A DNA stretch of 64,000 nucleotides from Anthoceros angustus. Taxonomy: Eukaryota > Plantae > Anthocerotophyta. Location: assembly GCA_010909165.1 (NCBI GenBank), contig MU008176.1, forward strand, positions 248,001 to 312,000, in the 5' to 3' direction. The notes under the pieces were generated by a model. It made no database searches. It was not told where the DNA came from and saw only the letters and a program-made list of their open reading frames with translations. Shown piece after piece: positions 63,692 to 64,000 of this stretch. Made by a program: the position numbers and the translations under genes. Each line of letters begins with the position of its first letter. Within the stretch, counting starts at the first letter, position 1.

Positions 63692-63867
63692 ACCTCATCC
63701 CAACCTCTCTGCTCCAGCCATCTTGTCTTGCGGAGACTGACAAAGTCAGCAAAGTGGCGGTGCCTGCTAGAGGAGCACAGCTTACCAAAATTGCCGCTCA
63801 CCCTCTGTCTGTTCAGAGCTAAGTCAAGAAAACATCTTGGTTCCCTGCAGAGAGGTTGGGATGAGGT
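63692..63867. repeat. Perfect 21-bp inverted repeat with a 134-nt spacer
   Basis: acctcatcccaacctctctgc (63692-63712) is the exact reverse complement of gcagagaggttgggatgaggt (63847-63867). Confidence 0.9.
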
Positions 63868-64000
63868 TGTAGGCATACAAAGAGACCACATCCTGATGTC
63901 GCTACGCAGACCATCCAGAAAAGTGTGTTGGCAGGACAACAAAGATGATGTGCGATCCCATTGGCTTTCCATTTGACCAGACACTAGACATTCGACCTTG

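Overview
Eukaryotic nuclear DNA from a compact, gene-dense, short-intron land-plant genome. A non-seed plant such as a hornwort is my inference, based on the long PLS-PPR gene, the TORNADO1-like Roco gene, a CRE-type LINE and introns of about 80-150 nt. 1-12.5 kb: two tandem ABCC/MRP transporter paralogs with identical 11-exon structure. 13-25 kb: a small hydrophobic ORF, then a 1463-aa PLS-class E+ PPR gene head-to-head (173 bp gap) with a TFIIIC subunit gene (GTF3C3/Tfc4). 25-32 kb: a nest of decayed elements, namely a Ty1/copia element with TA-ended LTRs interrupted by a solo LTR, a Harbinger nuclease remnant and a tRNA-Glu pseudogene. 32-46 kb: an orphan Ser/Pro-rich protein, an LRR-Roc-COR gene, an AMS-like bHLH, a damaged CPRD49-like SGNH esterase and WDR5. 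46-64 kb: a scrambled, microhomology-joined re-copy of the esterase/WDR5 region, an RLE-type (CRE-like) LINE split by an unclassified 5.2-kb insertion, and further tandem duplications. The duplicated copies in this last part carry many 1-2 nt deletions, so it may be partly long-read assembly error. No CRISPR array, rRNA or intact tRNA was seen. All alignments, splice sites and identities were judged by eye, and no database searches were run.
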